DNA of 64,000 bases, from the NCBI GenBank assembly GCA_036787995.1, contig DAIQOH010000001.1:40329-104328 (forward strand), written 5' to 3'. Shown here one piece after another: positions 45,171 to 53,704 of the stretch (position 1 is the first letter of the stretch; each line of letters starts with the position of its first letter). The notes under the pieces were generated by a model. That model was not told the origin of the DNA. It did no database searches and saw only the letters and a program-made list of their open reading frames with translations. Made by a program: the position numbers and the translations under genes. This DNA comes from Limnohabitans sp. (GTDB lineage: Bacteria > Pseudomonadota > Gammaproteobacteria > Burkholderiales > Burkholderiaceae_C).

Positions 45171-46310
45171 ATGATTGAATTGCATCGTCGCTTAAAAATT
45201 GCAGTTTTGCACCGTACTTTCAGAACCGACGCCGGTGGCGCTGAGGCTTATGCTGTTGCTATCGCCTTGGAATTGGCCAAGCGTCACGATGTTCATGTAT
45301 TTTCTCAAAATATAGACACTTCTTTGCAAGGTGTGACCTTTCATCCTATTGCGCTTTATTTCAAAAAACCGCGCTGGTTAAATCAAGTTTGGTATGCATT
45401 GGCAAGTTGGTGGAAAACCCGTGAAGGTTTTGATATTGTGCATTCGCATGAAAATACTTGGCACGGTCAGGTTCAGACAGTACATGTCTTGCCTATGCTT
45501 TTCAAACACTCAAGGCCACTTGGACTCTTGAGGCGAGTAGGTTTGATACTGAAAATATTGACCAGTCTGCGTTTATTGACTTATACAGGTCTCGAGTGGT
45601 CTCGTTTTCGAAATCGTTCTAATCGCCAGTGGGTGGCGGTTTCAAAACCTTTACAAGTTCGCTTGGAAAGCATGTGGCCTGCACTGCCTAGTGCGCAACT
45701 TCACAGTATTTCACCTGGCATTTATCCTTCATCCAGCGATGTTAAAAAAGACTTGAATCTGTTGCACGCCAAGCACAACAGGCTTCTATGGGTGGGTAAC
45801 GACGCACAGAAAAAAAACTTACTCACGGTTCTTCAAGCCTTGACATTGCTCGATACTTCATACACATTGCAGGTAGTTGGCAGTGCGCTACCCTTGCAGC
45901 TTTGGCAAGATACAGTGAAAAAATGGGGTTTAGAGCAAAGGGTAAGCTATTTAGGCGTGGTCAGCCAAATGTCGCAGGTTTATGCGTCTGCTGATATTTT
46001 GCTTCATCCCAGCTTAGAAGACACGTATGGCATGGTGGTGTTGGAAGCCATGAGACATGGCTTGGCTGTGGTCGTAAGCAAAGCGAATTATTGCGGCATT
46101 GCTGCTGATCTTCAACACGGCGTGAATGCCTTCATAGTAGAAAACCCCTTAAATGCCCAAGCGATAGCCCATGCAGTTGTAGATTTATCTCTGCCTTTGG
46201 CCTACGAAAATCATGCAGCCAAGGCCTTCGAGTTTGCCCATCAACATGTCTGGTCTGAAGTGGCGGCTGCCTACGAAGTCTTATTTGAAAAATTGACGCA
46301 AACGCAATGA
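45171..46310 (+). CDS. Glycosyltransferase family 4
   Basis: GGAE N-terminal motif, HPSLEDTYGMVVLEAM. Confidence 0.9.
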   Translation: MIELHRRLKIAVLHRTFRTDAGGAEAYAVAIALELAKRHDVHVFSQNIDTSLQGVTFHPIALYFKKPRWLNQVWYALASWWKTREGFDIVHSHENTWHGQVQTVHVLPMLFKHSRPLGLLRRVGLILKILTSLRLLTYTGLEWSRFRNRSNRQWVAVSKPLQVRLESMWPALPSAQLHSISPGIYPSSSDVKKDLNLLHAKHNRLLWVGNDAQKKNLLTVLQALTLLDTSYTLQVVGSALPLQLWQDTVKKWGLEQRVSYLGVVSQMSQVYASADILLHPSLEDTYGMVVLEAMRHGLAVVVSKANYCGIAADLQHGVNAFIVENPLNAQAIAHAVVDLSLPLAYENHAAKAFEFAHQHVWSEVAAAYEVLFEKLTQTQ

Positions 46311-47380
46311 ATGATCCGAGATCGATTGTGATGATCAAGTCCCACAGTTTGGGGGTTGGTGACTTGTTGCGCAGTTCTGCAGCTTGGCGTGTTTTGAAAA
46401 ACCAGTGGCCACATGTGCAATTGCATTTGGTTTTTTTGAGTAAACACCCAGGTTACCCAACGCAGGGTTTGATTGAGCAACATCCTTTGCTAAGCAGTGC
46501 ACATTTCATCACGGTACGTGACAAAGACCCATCACAAGCTGATGGAAAACAAGTTGACTTTTGGACCATTTGGTTGTCTGTGCAAAAGGTACTTAAAGCG
46601 GTAAATGCCGATACGGTGATTGACTTCGAACCGCATGGCCTTAAGACTTCTTTATTGACATGGTTATCAGGACAAACTTATGGCGTAACTACTTTGGGTA
46701 TTGCCCAGTTTCCAGGCCGCTCTATTTTTTACAAATGCGCTTCACCTAGCGTTCAAAGTTTTGCAAAATACCACGGCTTAAGCTTGCCTATGGACTACAC
46801 ATTGCGTGATTTTGTCGTGCTCAGTGCCCTGGGATTGGAAAGAGGTAATACGCCTATTGAAATGCAGGTCACGAAAGAGGGGCGTGATTGGCAAGCTATT
46901 CATCGGACACGTTTTCAAAATGGATTGCCACTTATTGGTTTGAATATCGGTTGTGGCACACCAGATGCGATGGTGAAGCGACCTGATTTAACGCATCTGG
47001 CCCAGTGTTTTCATCAATTATTGGGAGAGCAACCTGCGAACATCGTGGTCAGTGGCGCACCATTTGAAAAGGATGTAAACCAAACATTCATAGGGTTGTT
47101 GCATCAACTTCGTCCTGATACAGTCATCTTTGATGCGGCCGGTCAAACCACGCTTAGCAGTTCTTCGGGGCTTATTGATGCTTGCAATATTTTCATATCC
47201 ACAGATTCAGGACCCTACCATATGGCTGTCGCACTTCGCAAACCTACCTTGGTTTGGTTTACCTATGCTGAAGTGACTTCCTTTCACAATCACCCTTGGT
47301 GTCGCCGCTTAATCCAACCTTCAGTTGAAAATTTTGTCTTGGAAGTCAAAGACTTATTGCGTTTAAGTCTAGGCGCTTGA
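46307..47380 (+). CDS. Glycosyltransferase family 9 (heptosyltransferase-like)
   Basis: LGVGDLL, STDSGPYHMAVAL. Confidence 0.85.
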   Translation: MNDPRSIVMIKSHSLGVGDLLRSSAAWRVLKNQWPHVQLHLVFLSKHPGYPTQGLIEQHPLLSSAHFITVRDKDPSQADGKQVDFWTIWLSVQKVLKAVNADTVIDFEPHGLKTSLLTWLSGQTYGVTTLGIAQFPGRSIFYKCASPSVQSFAKYHGLSLPMDYTLRDFVVLSALGLERGNTPIEMQVTKEGRDWQAIHRTRFQNGLPLIGLNIGCGTPDAMVKRPDLTHLAQCFHQLLGEQPANIVVSGAPFEKDVNQTFIGLLHQLRPDTVIFDAAGQTTLSSSSGLIDACNIFISTDSGPYHMAVALRKPTLVWFTYAEVTSFHNHPWCRRLIQPSVENFVLEVKDLLRLSLGA

Positions 47381-49105
47381 TTGGCTTAGCTTGAACATGG
47401 CGGCATAAGCACCTTGGGCTTGCAGCAATTGCTGGTGAGTACCTTGTTCTGCAATACGTCCTTGCGCCATAACCACAATACGATCAGCTTTTTCAATGGT
47501 GGTTAATCTGTGGGCAATCACCAATGTGGTTCGGTTGCGTTGCAAGATTTGCAACGCATCTTGAACCAAGCGCTCTGATTCGTTATCCAGTGCTGATGTC
47601 GCCTCGTCCAAAATCAGTACGGGTGCATCTTTGTACAAAGCCCTGGCTATCGCTAGACGTTGTCTTTGACCACCTGACAAGGTGGACGCATTGTGTCCCA
47701 CCATTGAATGAATATGGTCGGGTAGGGTGGCCAGGTAATCGCTTAAGTGCGCAGCTTTCAGACACTCGATCACTCTTTGTTCGTTAGGTGTTTGACCCAG
47801 TGCCACGTTGGCAGCAAGTGTGTCATTGAGTACCACCACATTTTGACTAACCAATGCAAATTGTTGTCGAAGAGAAAGCAAATCCCATTCATTGACAGGT
47901 ACACCATCAAGAGAAACTTTACCTTGATGGGTATCTACAAAGCGCAAGAGTAAATTAGCCAATGTCGTCTTGCCTGAGCCCGACGAACCCACCAAAGCAA
48001 CGGTTTCACCGGGTTGAATATCTAAGTTGATGCCCTGCAAAGCCCAAGGCATATCGGGTTCGTACTTGACAAAAACATTCTCTAAAACCACATGTCCCAG
48101 TGCTTTGGGTGATTGATGACGTCCACCCTTTTCAGTAGGGGTGTTTTCAATCAACTCAAAGCCTCTTTCGAGTGCGGCCAAGCCTCTGGTAAGCGGACCA
48201 ATGACTTCAGAAAGATGTTTGATAGGCGCAATCAGCATCAACATGGCGGTGACAAACGCTGCAAACCCACCTACCGTCATCGCAGAAACATGGCTTTGCA
48301 TTAAAGCGACGCTGATCACACCGGACAAGGCAACCGCAGACAAAATTTGCGTCATCGGGGTCATGCCAGAACTTGCAATCGACGTTTTCATGGCCAATCG
48401 TTGCAAGCGTGTCGCTAATTGCTCAAATCTTTGGATTTGCTTGGGCTGTGCGTGATGCAATCGAATTTCACGGTAGGCAAGCGAGGTTTCTTCCACCACA
48501 TAAGCCAATTCATCGGTGGCGCTTTGGGTATCGCGGGTGATTTGGTACAAACGTTTACTTAAGACTTTCATTAACCAAGCAACAGCTGGGAAAAGTAAAG
48601 CAACGATAAGACTGAGTTGCCAATTGAGATACAACAAATAGCCCACCAAAGCCAGCAGGGTCAAACTGTCTCGCACCAAACTCATGACGGAGCTGACCAT
48701 CAATAAAGCACCGTTTTGCACTTCAAAAACCAAGGTATTGCCTAAAGCGCTTGCCGATTGCTGTTTGAACAACGCTAGGTCAGCGTCTTGCAAGCGGGTA
48801 AACATTTGCATGCGAAGTTCGAAAAGACCTTGATTGGTTGCCTTGGCCATGGCCACTTGGCTGAGGAACACGCCCAGTCCTCGCAACCCAAATAAACCTA
48901 TCAATGCCACGGGTACTTGCCAAACCGGAAAGTCAGATTGGGCAAAACCTCTGTCCAGCAAAGGTTTAAGTAAAGCGGGTATCAAGGGCTCAGAAACAGA
49001 TACGATGATCACGCACACTGCTGTTAACACCCACGCGCTAATGGGGTGAGTGAAGTGTTTAAAAGCACGAAGGAGACGGTGCCGAATACGGGGTTGAGGG
49101 CTCAT
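47369..49105 (-). CDS. msbA: Lipid A export ABC transporter MsbA
   Basis: TM domain plus GSSGSGKT, LSGGQRQRLAIAR, LDEATSALD; LPS gene context. Confidence 0.9.
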   Translation of the reverse strand: MSPQPRIRHRLLRAFKHFTHPISAWVLTAVCVIIVSVSEPLIPALLKPLLDRGFAQSDFPVWQVPVALIGLFGLRGLGVFLSQVAMAKATNQGLFELRMQMFTRLQDADLALFKQQSASALGNTLVFEVQNGALLMVSSVMSLVRDSLTLLALVGYLLYLNWQLSLIVALLFPAVAWLMKVLSKRLYQITRDTQSATDELAYVVEETSLAYREIRLHHAQPKQIQRFEQLATRLQRLAMKTSIASSGMTPMTQILSAVALSGVISVALMQSHVSAMTVGGFAAFVTAMLMLIAPIKHLSEVIGPLTRGLAALERGFELIENTPTEKGGRHQSPKALGHVVLENVFVKYEPDMPWALQGINLDIQPGETVALVGSSGSGKTTLANLLLRFVDTHQGKVSLDGVPVNEWDLLSLRQQFALVSQNVVVLNDTLAANVALGQTPNEQRVIECLKAAHLSDYLATLPDHIHSMVGHNASTLSGGQRQRLAIARALYKDAPVLILDEATSALDNESERLVQDALQILQRNRTTLVIAHRLTTIEKADRIVVMAQGRIAEQGTHQQLLQAQGAYAAMFKLSQSSA

Positions 49106-49169
49106 GGGTTCTACATCTGTTTTTCGGATTATGACGAACCGCCAAGGACTGCTTGGTTAGAATAAAGAC

Positions 49170-49925
49170 ATGCCCTTGAGTGTCATCATCATCACACGCA
49201 ATGAAAGTGCCAACATTGCAGCTTGCCTTGAAAGTGTGGCTTTTGCTGATGAAGTGATTGTCCTCGATGGTCAAAGTGTTGATAACACCGCCGAGATAGC
49301 CCGTCAGCATGGTGCCAAGGTATTTTTGGCCGACAGTTGGGAAGGATTTGGCCGCCAAAAAAACAAAGCCTTGTCTTATGCTCATCATGAATGGGTTTTG
49401 TCTTTGGATGCGGATGAGCGCGTATCCCCAGCGTTAGCCAAAGAAATCCAGCAAGTCTTGAACAATGACACCCCATCACTTTTCGACATACCTAGGCTTA
49501 CCAATTTTTGTGGCCAATGGATTCATCACTGCGGTTGGCGGCCAGATCGGGTAACCCGTCTGTTCAAAAAAAGCGCAGCCCGTTTTAGCGATGATGTGGT
49601 TCATGAAAAACTGCTGCCGCTTCACAATACCGCCATTGGCAAACTTGAGCATTCATTGCTGCACTACAGCTACCCTGATGCAAATGCCTATTGGCGAAAA
49701 TTGCAGGTCTACAGCATGGCATGGGCTGAGCAAAAATACGAACAAGGTCAAACCACCAGCATGGGCCGTGCGATTGGCTCAGGCTTGGCCGCATTTGTCA
49801 AAAGCTATTTTTTCAGATTGGGGTTTTTAGATGGCGCCATGGGCTTGGCGGTTTGTATATTGCAGGGTCAAGCCGCTTATGGAAAATACTTTACGTTGTA
49901 CTGTTTGAACCAAGGAAAAAAATAA
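49170..49925 (+). CDS. Glycosyltransferase family 2 (WaaE/KdtX-like LPS core transferase)
   Basis: LSVIIITRNE, WVLSLDADE, VHE, GFLDG. Confidence 0.9.
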   Translation: MPLSVIIITRNESANIAACLESVAFADEVIVLDGQSVDNTAEIARQHGAKVFLADSWEGFGRQKNKALSYAHHEWVLSLDADERVSPALAKEIQQVLNNDTPSLFDIPRLTNFCGQWIHHCGWRPDRVTRLFKKSAARFSDDVVHEKLLPLHNTAIGKLEHSLLHYSYPDANAYWRKLQVYSMAWAEQKYEQGQTTSMGRAIGSGLAAFVKSYFFRLGFLDGAMGLAVCILQGQAAYGKYFTLYCLNQGKK

Positions 49926-49927
49926 CC

Positions 49928-51196
49928 ATGCGCATAGCCTCTTTTGGGATGGTTCTTTTAAGCTGTTGTTTCGCTTTACCCGCGACAGCACAGTTCAGGG
50001 TTGAAATTTCTGGCATAGGTATCACGCAAATTCCTATTGCCATGGCCAATTTCCGGGGTGAAGACAATGCGCCTCAAAAAATCACCCAAATCGTGGCAGC
50101 GGATCTTGAACGCAGTGGCCAGTTTCGTAGTACCCCTGCGGGCACAGTGATTGATGAGGTCAGTCGCCCAGACTTTGCCCCCATTCGCCAAAAACCAGCC
50201 GATGCTTTGCTCACCGGCAGTATTTCGCGAATGGCGGACGGGCGTTTTGATGTTCGTTTCCGATTGTGGGATGCGGTCAAAGGGCAAGACCTTGGGGGCC
50301 AAAGTTATGTGGTGGTACCTAACGATTTGCGCTTGGTGTCTCATCGCATAGCGGACCAAGTTTATGAAAAACTCACGGGCGACAAAGGTATTTTTTCTAC
50401 CCGTATTGCATACATTACCAAACAAGACCGCAAACATTTGCTGTGGGTCGCCGATGCTGATGGAGAAAATCCCCAAGCAGCACTGACCAGTCAAGAGCCC
50501 ATAATTTCTCCCAGTTGGTCACCCAGTGGCAATGAGTTGGCTTATGTCTCGTTTGAATCTCGCAAACCCGTTGTCTACATCCACGATATAGCTTCAGGCA
50601 AACGTCGCGTACTGGCCAATTTCAAAGGCTCTAACAGCGCGCCTGCTTGGTCTCCCGATGGCAAATCCTTGGCCATTACTTTGAGCCGAGACGGTGGCTC
50701 TCAGTTGTTTTTGATTGACGCCAAAGGAGGTGAGCCTAAGCGCTTAACCCAGTCCAATGGCATCGATACTGAGCCTGTTTTCAGCGCCGATGGTTCTGCG
50801 ATTTACTTTGTCAGTGACCGCGGTGGATCGCCGCAAATTTACCGAACACCCGCCATGGGTGGCCCGGTACAAAGAGTCACTTTTTCGGGCACTTACAACA
50901 TTTCTCCCAGCATCAGCCCCGATGGTCGATGGCTTGCTTTCGTATCGCGTGTGGGGCAGGCTTATAAACTGCATGTCATGGATTTAAGCAATGACAAAAC
51001 ATGGGCGCTGACAGACACCAACGCAGATGAACGTCCAAGCTTTGCACCCAATGGCAAACTAATTATGTATTCCACTCAAGCGGGAGGCAAGGAATCCCTG
51101 ATGACCACCACTTTAGATGGCAAAATACGCGCCAGACTCGCTGGTCAATCAGCCAATATGCGAGAGCCTCACTGGGGCCCTTTCCTCAATCCTTGA
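49928..51196 (+). CDS. tolB: Tol-Pal system beta-propeller protein TolB
   Basis: ADLERSG, FSTRIAY, repeated PxWSPDG motifs; start at ATG 49928. Confidence 0.96.
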   Translation: MRIASFGMVLLSCCFALPATAQFRVEISGIGITQIPIAMANFRGEDNAPQKITQIVAADLERSGQFRSTPAGTVIDEVSRPDFAPIRQKPADALLTGSISRMADGRFDVRFRLWDAVKGQDLGGQSYVVVPNDLRLVSHRIADQVYEKLTGDKGIFSTRIAYITKQDRKHLLWVADADGENPQAALTSQEPIISPSWSPSGNELAYVSFESRKPVVYIHDIASGKRRVLANFKGSNSAPAWSPDGKSLAITLSRDGGSQLFLIDAKGGEPKRLTQSNGIDTEPVFSADGSAIYFVSDRGGSPQIYRTPAMGGPVQRVTFSGTYNISPSISPDGRWLAFVSRVGQAYKLHVMDLSNDKTWALTDTNADERPSFAPNGKLIMYSTQAGGKESLMTTTLDGKIRARLAGQSANMREPHWGPFLNP

Positions 51197-51212
51197 TAAC
51201 TTTGGAGACTTC

Positions 51213-51785
51213 ATGAAAAAGATTGCTCTGTCTTTGGGACTGGTTTTGTTATTGGCTGCTTGTGCCTCAGGCGTCAAGCTCAATGATGTTCCTGTTGAGG
51301 ATAAGGCGGGTACTGGTGTCTCTGTCGCCCCCGATCCTGTTTTGCCACCTCCCATTGCAGCTGTTCCTGCAGCTGCAGCCGGCTCAGACGCCAAATCTGC
51401 GGTTGTTCCCGTGGACTCAACTTCCAGTACGAATTTGAGTGCTGGTCCAAGCGGTAATGTGGCCAAGGTCATCTTTTTTGACTATGACAGCTATGTGGTT
51501 AAACCAGAATTCCAATCCACCATTGATGCCCATGCCCAATTTTTAAAAGCCAACCCCAGAGCCAAGGTATCTCTGGAAGGGCATACCGACGAGCGTGGCG
51601 GTCGTGAATACAACTTGGCTTTGGGCCAAAAACGTGCGGATGCAGTGCGTCAAAGCCTTAGCTTATTAGGCGTACAAGAGTCACAGGTAGAGTCCGTCAG
51701 TTTTGGCAAAGAAAAACCTGCTGTTCAAGGGGCAGACGAAAGCGCATTTGCAAAAAATCGTCGTGCTGAATTCTTCTACCGATGA
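51213..51785 (+). CDS. pal: Peptidoglycan-associated lipoprotein Pal
   Basis: LAAC lipobox, FFDYDS, EGHTDERGGREYNLALGQKRA, KNRRAE. Confidence 0.96.
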   Translation: MKKIALSLGLVLLLAACASGVKLNDVPVEDKAGTGVSVAPDPVLPPPIAAVPAAAAGSDAKSAVVPVDSTSSTNLSAGPSGNVAKVIFFDYDSYVVKPEFQSTIDAHAQFLKANPRAKVSLEGHTDERGGREYNLALGQKRADAVRQSLSLLGVQESQVESVSFGKEKPAVQGADESAFAKNRRAEFFYR

Positions 51786-52699
51786 AATCTTGGCTTAGCG
51801 TTGCGCTGTTGTGTTTAGCTGCCGTGGGTTCCCAGGCGCACGCAGCGCTTTTTGAAGACGAAGAAGCTCGCAGAGCCATCTTGGATTTACGGCAACGACT
51901 TGAAACCCAGCGCCAAAATCAAGCACAAGCTTCAGAACAAATTTTGCAAAAAGCGCTGGATCTATCTCAAAAACAAATTGATGCGCTTCGCAAGCAAATG
52001 GAAGCAGACAGTGCGCAACTCAAGTCGGACAGCAGTCAATCCAAGTTGGACAGTCGCCAAGCCTCTTTGCAGTTACAAAACCAGATTGAGACTTTGAAGC
52101 AAGACATTGCCAACCTGCGTGGTGAGCGTGAACAATTGTTGCGAGAAATCCATTTACTTCAGCGTGCTCAAAAAGAAGCAACTGCAGATGTAGAAGAGCG
52201 TTTTCAAAAACTGTATGAACGACTAGCCAAAAGCGACTCCACGGCCAAAGAAAAAGACAAAGAAGAAACCCTTAAACCTGCGAAGTTAACCGTGCAGGTA
52301 GATGGCTTTGAGTTCTTGGCTGACCCCGATGAAAAACGCGACTTTGAGTCAGCCTTTGTCTTATTTCGCAAGGGTGATTTCAATGCATCAGCCACCGCTT
52401 TCGGTAATTTTGTCCGCACTTACACAGCATCGGGTTATAAACCCAGCGCTTTGTATTGGTTAGGCAGTTCGCGTTTCGCACGTCGTGATTTCAATGAGGC
52501 GATTGCCCAGTTGCGCAGCTTGGTGACTGATTACCCCAATCACGCCAGAACCCCTGAAGCCATGCTAACCATTGGCAATGCCCAAATAGAGATTAAGCAG
52601 TCCAAAGAAGCACGTAAGACCTTCAATGATTTGCTCAAGCTATATCCCACCACAGAAGCTGCTGCGGCGGCCAAAGACCGCTTAGCTCAACTTAAATAG
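51782..52699 (+). CDS. cpoB: Tol-Pal protein YbgF/CpoB
   Basis: Signal peptide, LFEDEEARRAILDLR, coiled coil, C-terminal TPR (ALYWLG). Confidence 0.92.
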   Translation: MKSWLSVALLCLAAVGSQAHAALFEDEEARRAILDLRQRLETQRQNQAQASEQILQKALDLSQKQIDALRKQMEADSAQLKSDSSQSKLDSRQASLQLQNQIETLKQDIANLRGEREQLLREIHLLQRAQKEATADVEERFQKLYERLAKSDSTAKEKDKEETLKPAKLTVQVDGFEFLADPDEKRDFESAFVLFRKGDFNASATAFGNFVRTYTASGYKPSALYWLGSSRFARRDFNEAIAQLRSLVTDYPNHARTPEAMLTIGNAQIEIKQSKEARKTFNDLLKLYPTTEAAAAAKDRLAQLK

Positions 52700-52700
52700 T

Positions 52701-53492
52701 GTGAATCAGGTCGTCACGGATTCAGAAAATGATGCCAGCGTTGATGCAGACAGGCGTTTCGGCGGTTTGTCTCGCTTGTATGGTCTTGTGGGTGCAACCC
52801 AGATTCGCCAAAGCCACGTGGTGGTAGTGGGTGTGGGAGGGGTAGGCTCTTGGACCGTGGAATGTTTGGCACGCAGCGGTGTCAAGGCGCTTACCTTGAT
52901 TGATATGGATCACTTGTCGGAATCCAATATCAATCGCCAGTTGCCTGCGCTCACAACGACTTTGGGTATGTCCAAAGTAACGGCTCTCCAGCAAAGAATT
53001 GCATTGATTCATCCGGATTGCAATGTCTATGTGGTTGAAGATTTCATCACACCTGAAAACTGCAGCGCCTTGTTGTCTGTTGGCGCCGATGCCGTTATTG
53101 ATGCATGTGACCAAATGTCCGCCAAGCTAGCCATGTCGCAATGGGCTTTGCATACAGACACGCCTTTTATCACCGTAGGTGCTGCAGGTGGTAAACGCTT
53201 TCCAAACAAAGTGGATGTTGCTGATTTGTCTGAGGTAACCCACGATCCTTTGCTATCGCAATTACGACAGCGCCTTCGCAAACTGCATGCCGCTCCACCT
53301 GCAGGAAAGCCCATGGGTATTGCAGCAGTATTTAGCAAAGAAAACATCGTTTCTTCACAAGTTTGCGATACCCAAACAGACAATTCTTTGAACTGCCATG
53401 GGTATGGATCGGTGGTTACCGTTACCGCAACGTTTGGTAATTGTGCAGCCGCATGGGTACTGGATGGCTTGTCGAAAAAATCTGCTTTATGA
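52701..53492 (+). CDS. tcdA: tRNA threonylcarbamoyladenosine dehydratase (ThiF family)
   Basis: GVGGVGSW, SNINRQ, DACD, DPLL, GYGSVVTVTATFG. Confidence 0.9.
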   Translation: MNQVVTDSENDASVDADRRFGGLSRLYGLVGATQIRQSHVVVVGVGGVGSWTVECLARSGVKALTLIDMDHLSESNINRQLPALTTTLGMSKVTALQQRIALIHPDCNVYVVEDFITPENCSALLSVGADAVIDACDQMSAKLAMSQWALHTDTPFITVGAAGGKRFPNKVDVADLSEVTHDPLLSQLRQRLRKLHAAPPAGKPMGIAAVFSKENIVSSQVCDTQTDNSLNCHGYGSVVTVTATFGNCAAAWVLDGLSKKSAL

Positions 53493-53494
53493 GG

Positions 53495-53524
53495 TCGCAA
53501 AAATCATCAAAAACCAGTTATACT
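53495..53524 (+). promoter_or_regulatory. Putative sigma-70 promoter of tRNA-Lys
   Basis: TCGCAA-N18-TATACT upstream of the tRNA. Confidence 0.5.
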
Positions 53525-53567
53525 TTGCGGCTTTGCAACGCTGTCAAAAGCAGATAAGCAACAAGAT

Positions 53568-53643
53568 GGGACGTTAGCTCAGTTGGTAGAGCAGCGGACT
53601 TTTAATCCGTTGGTCGCTGGTTCGAATCCAGCACGTCCTACCA
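53568..53643 (+). tRNA. tRNA-Lys (TTT)
   Basis: GGGACGT/ACGTCCT acceptor stem, anticodon loop CTTTTAA, GGTTCGAATCC, CCA; 76 nt. Confidence 0.97.
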
Positions 53644-53661
53644 CCCACATTCGGTACAAAC

Positions 53662-53689
53662 AAAAGCCAGTTACCCACTGGCTTTTTTT
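53662..53689. terminator. Intrinsic terminator after tRNA-Lys, probably bidirectional
   Basis: AAAAGCCAGT-tacc-c-ACTGGCTTTTTT. Confidence 0.8.
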
Positions 53690-53704
53690 ATGGATGCTTT
53701 CTGT

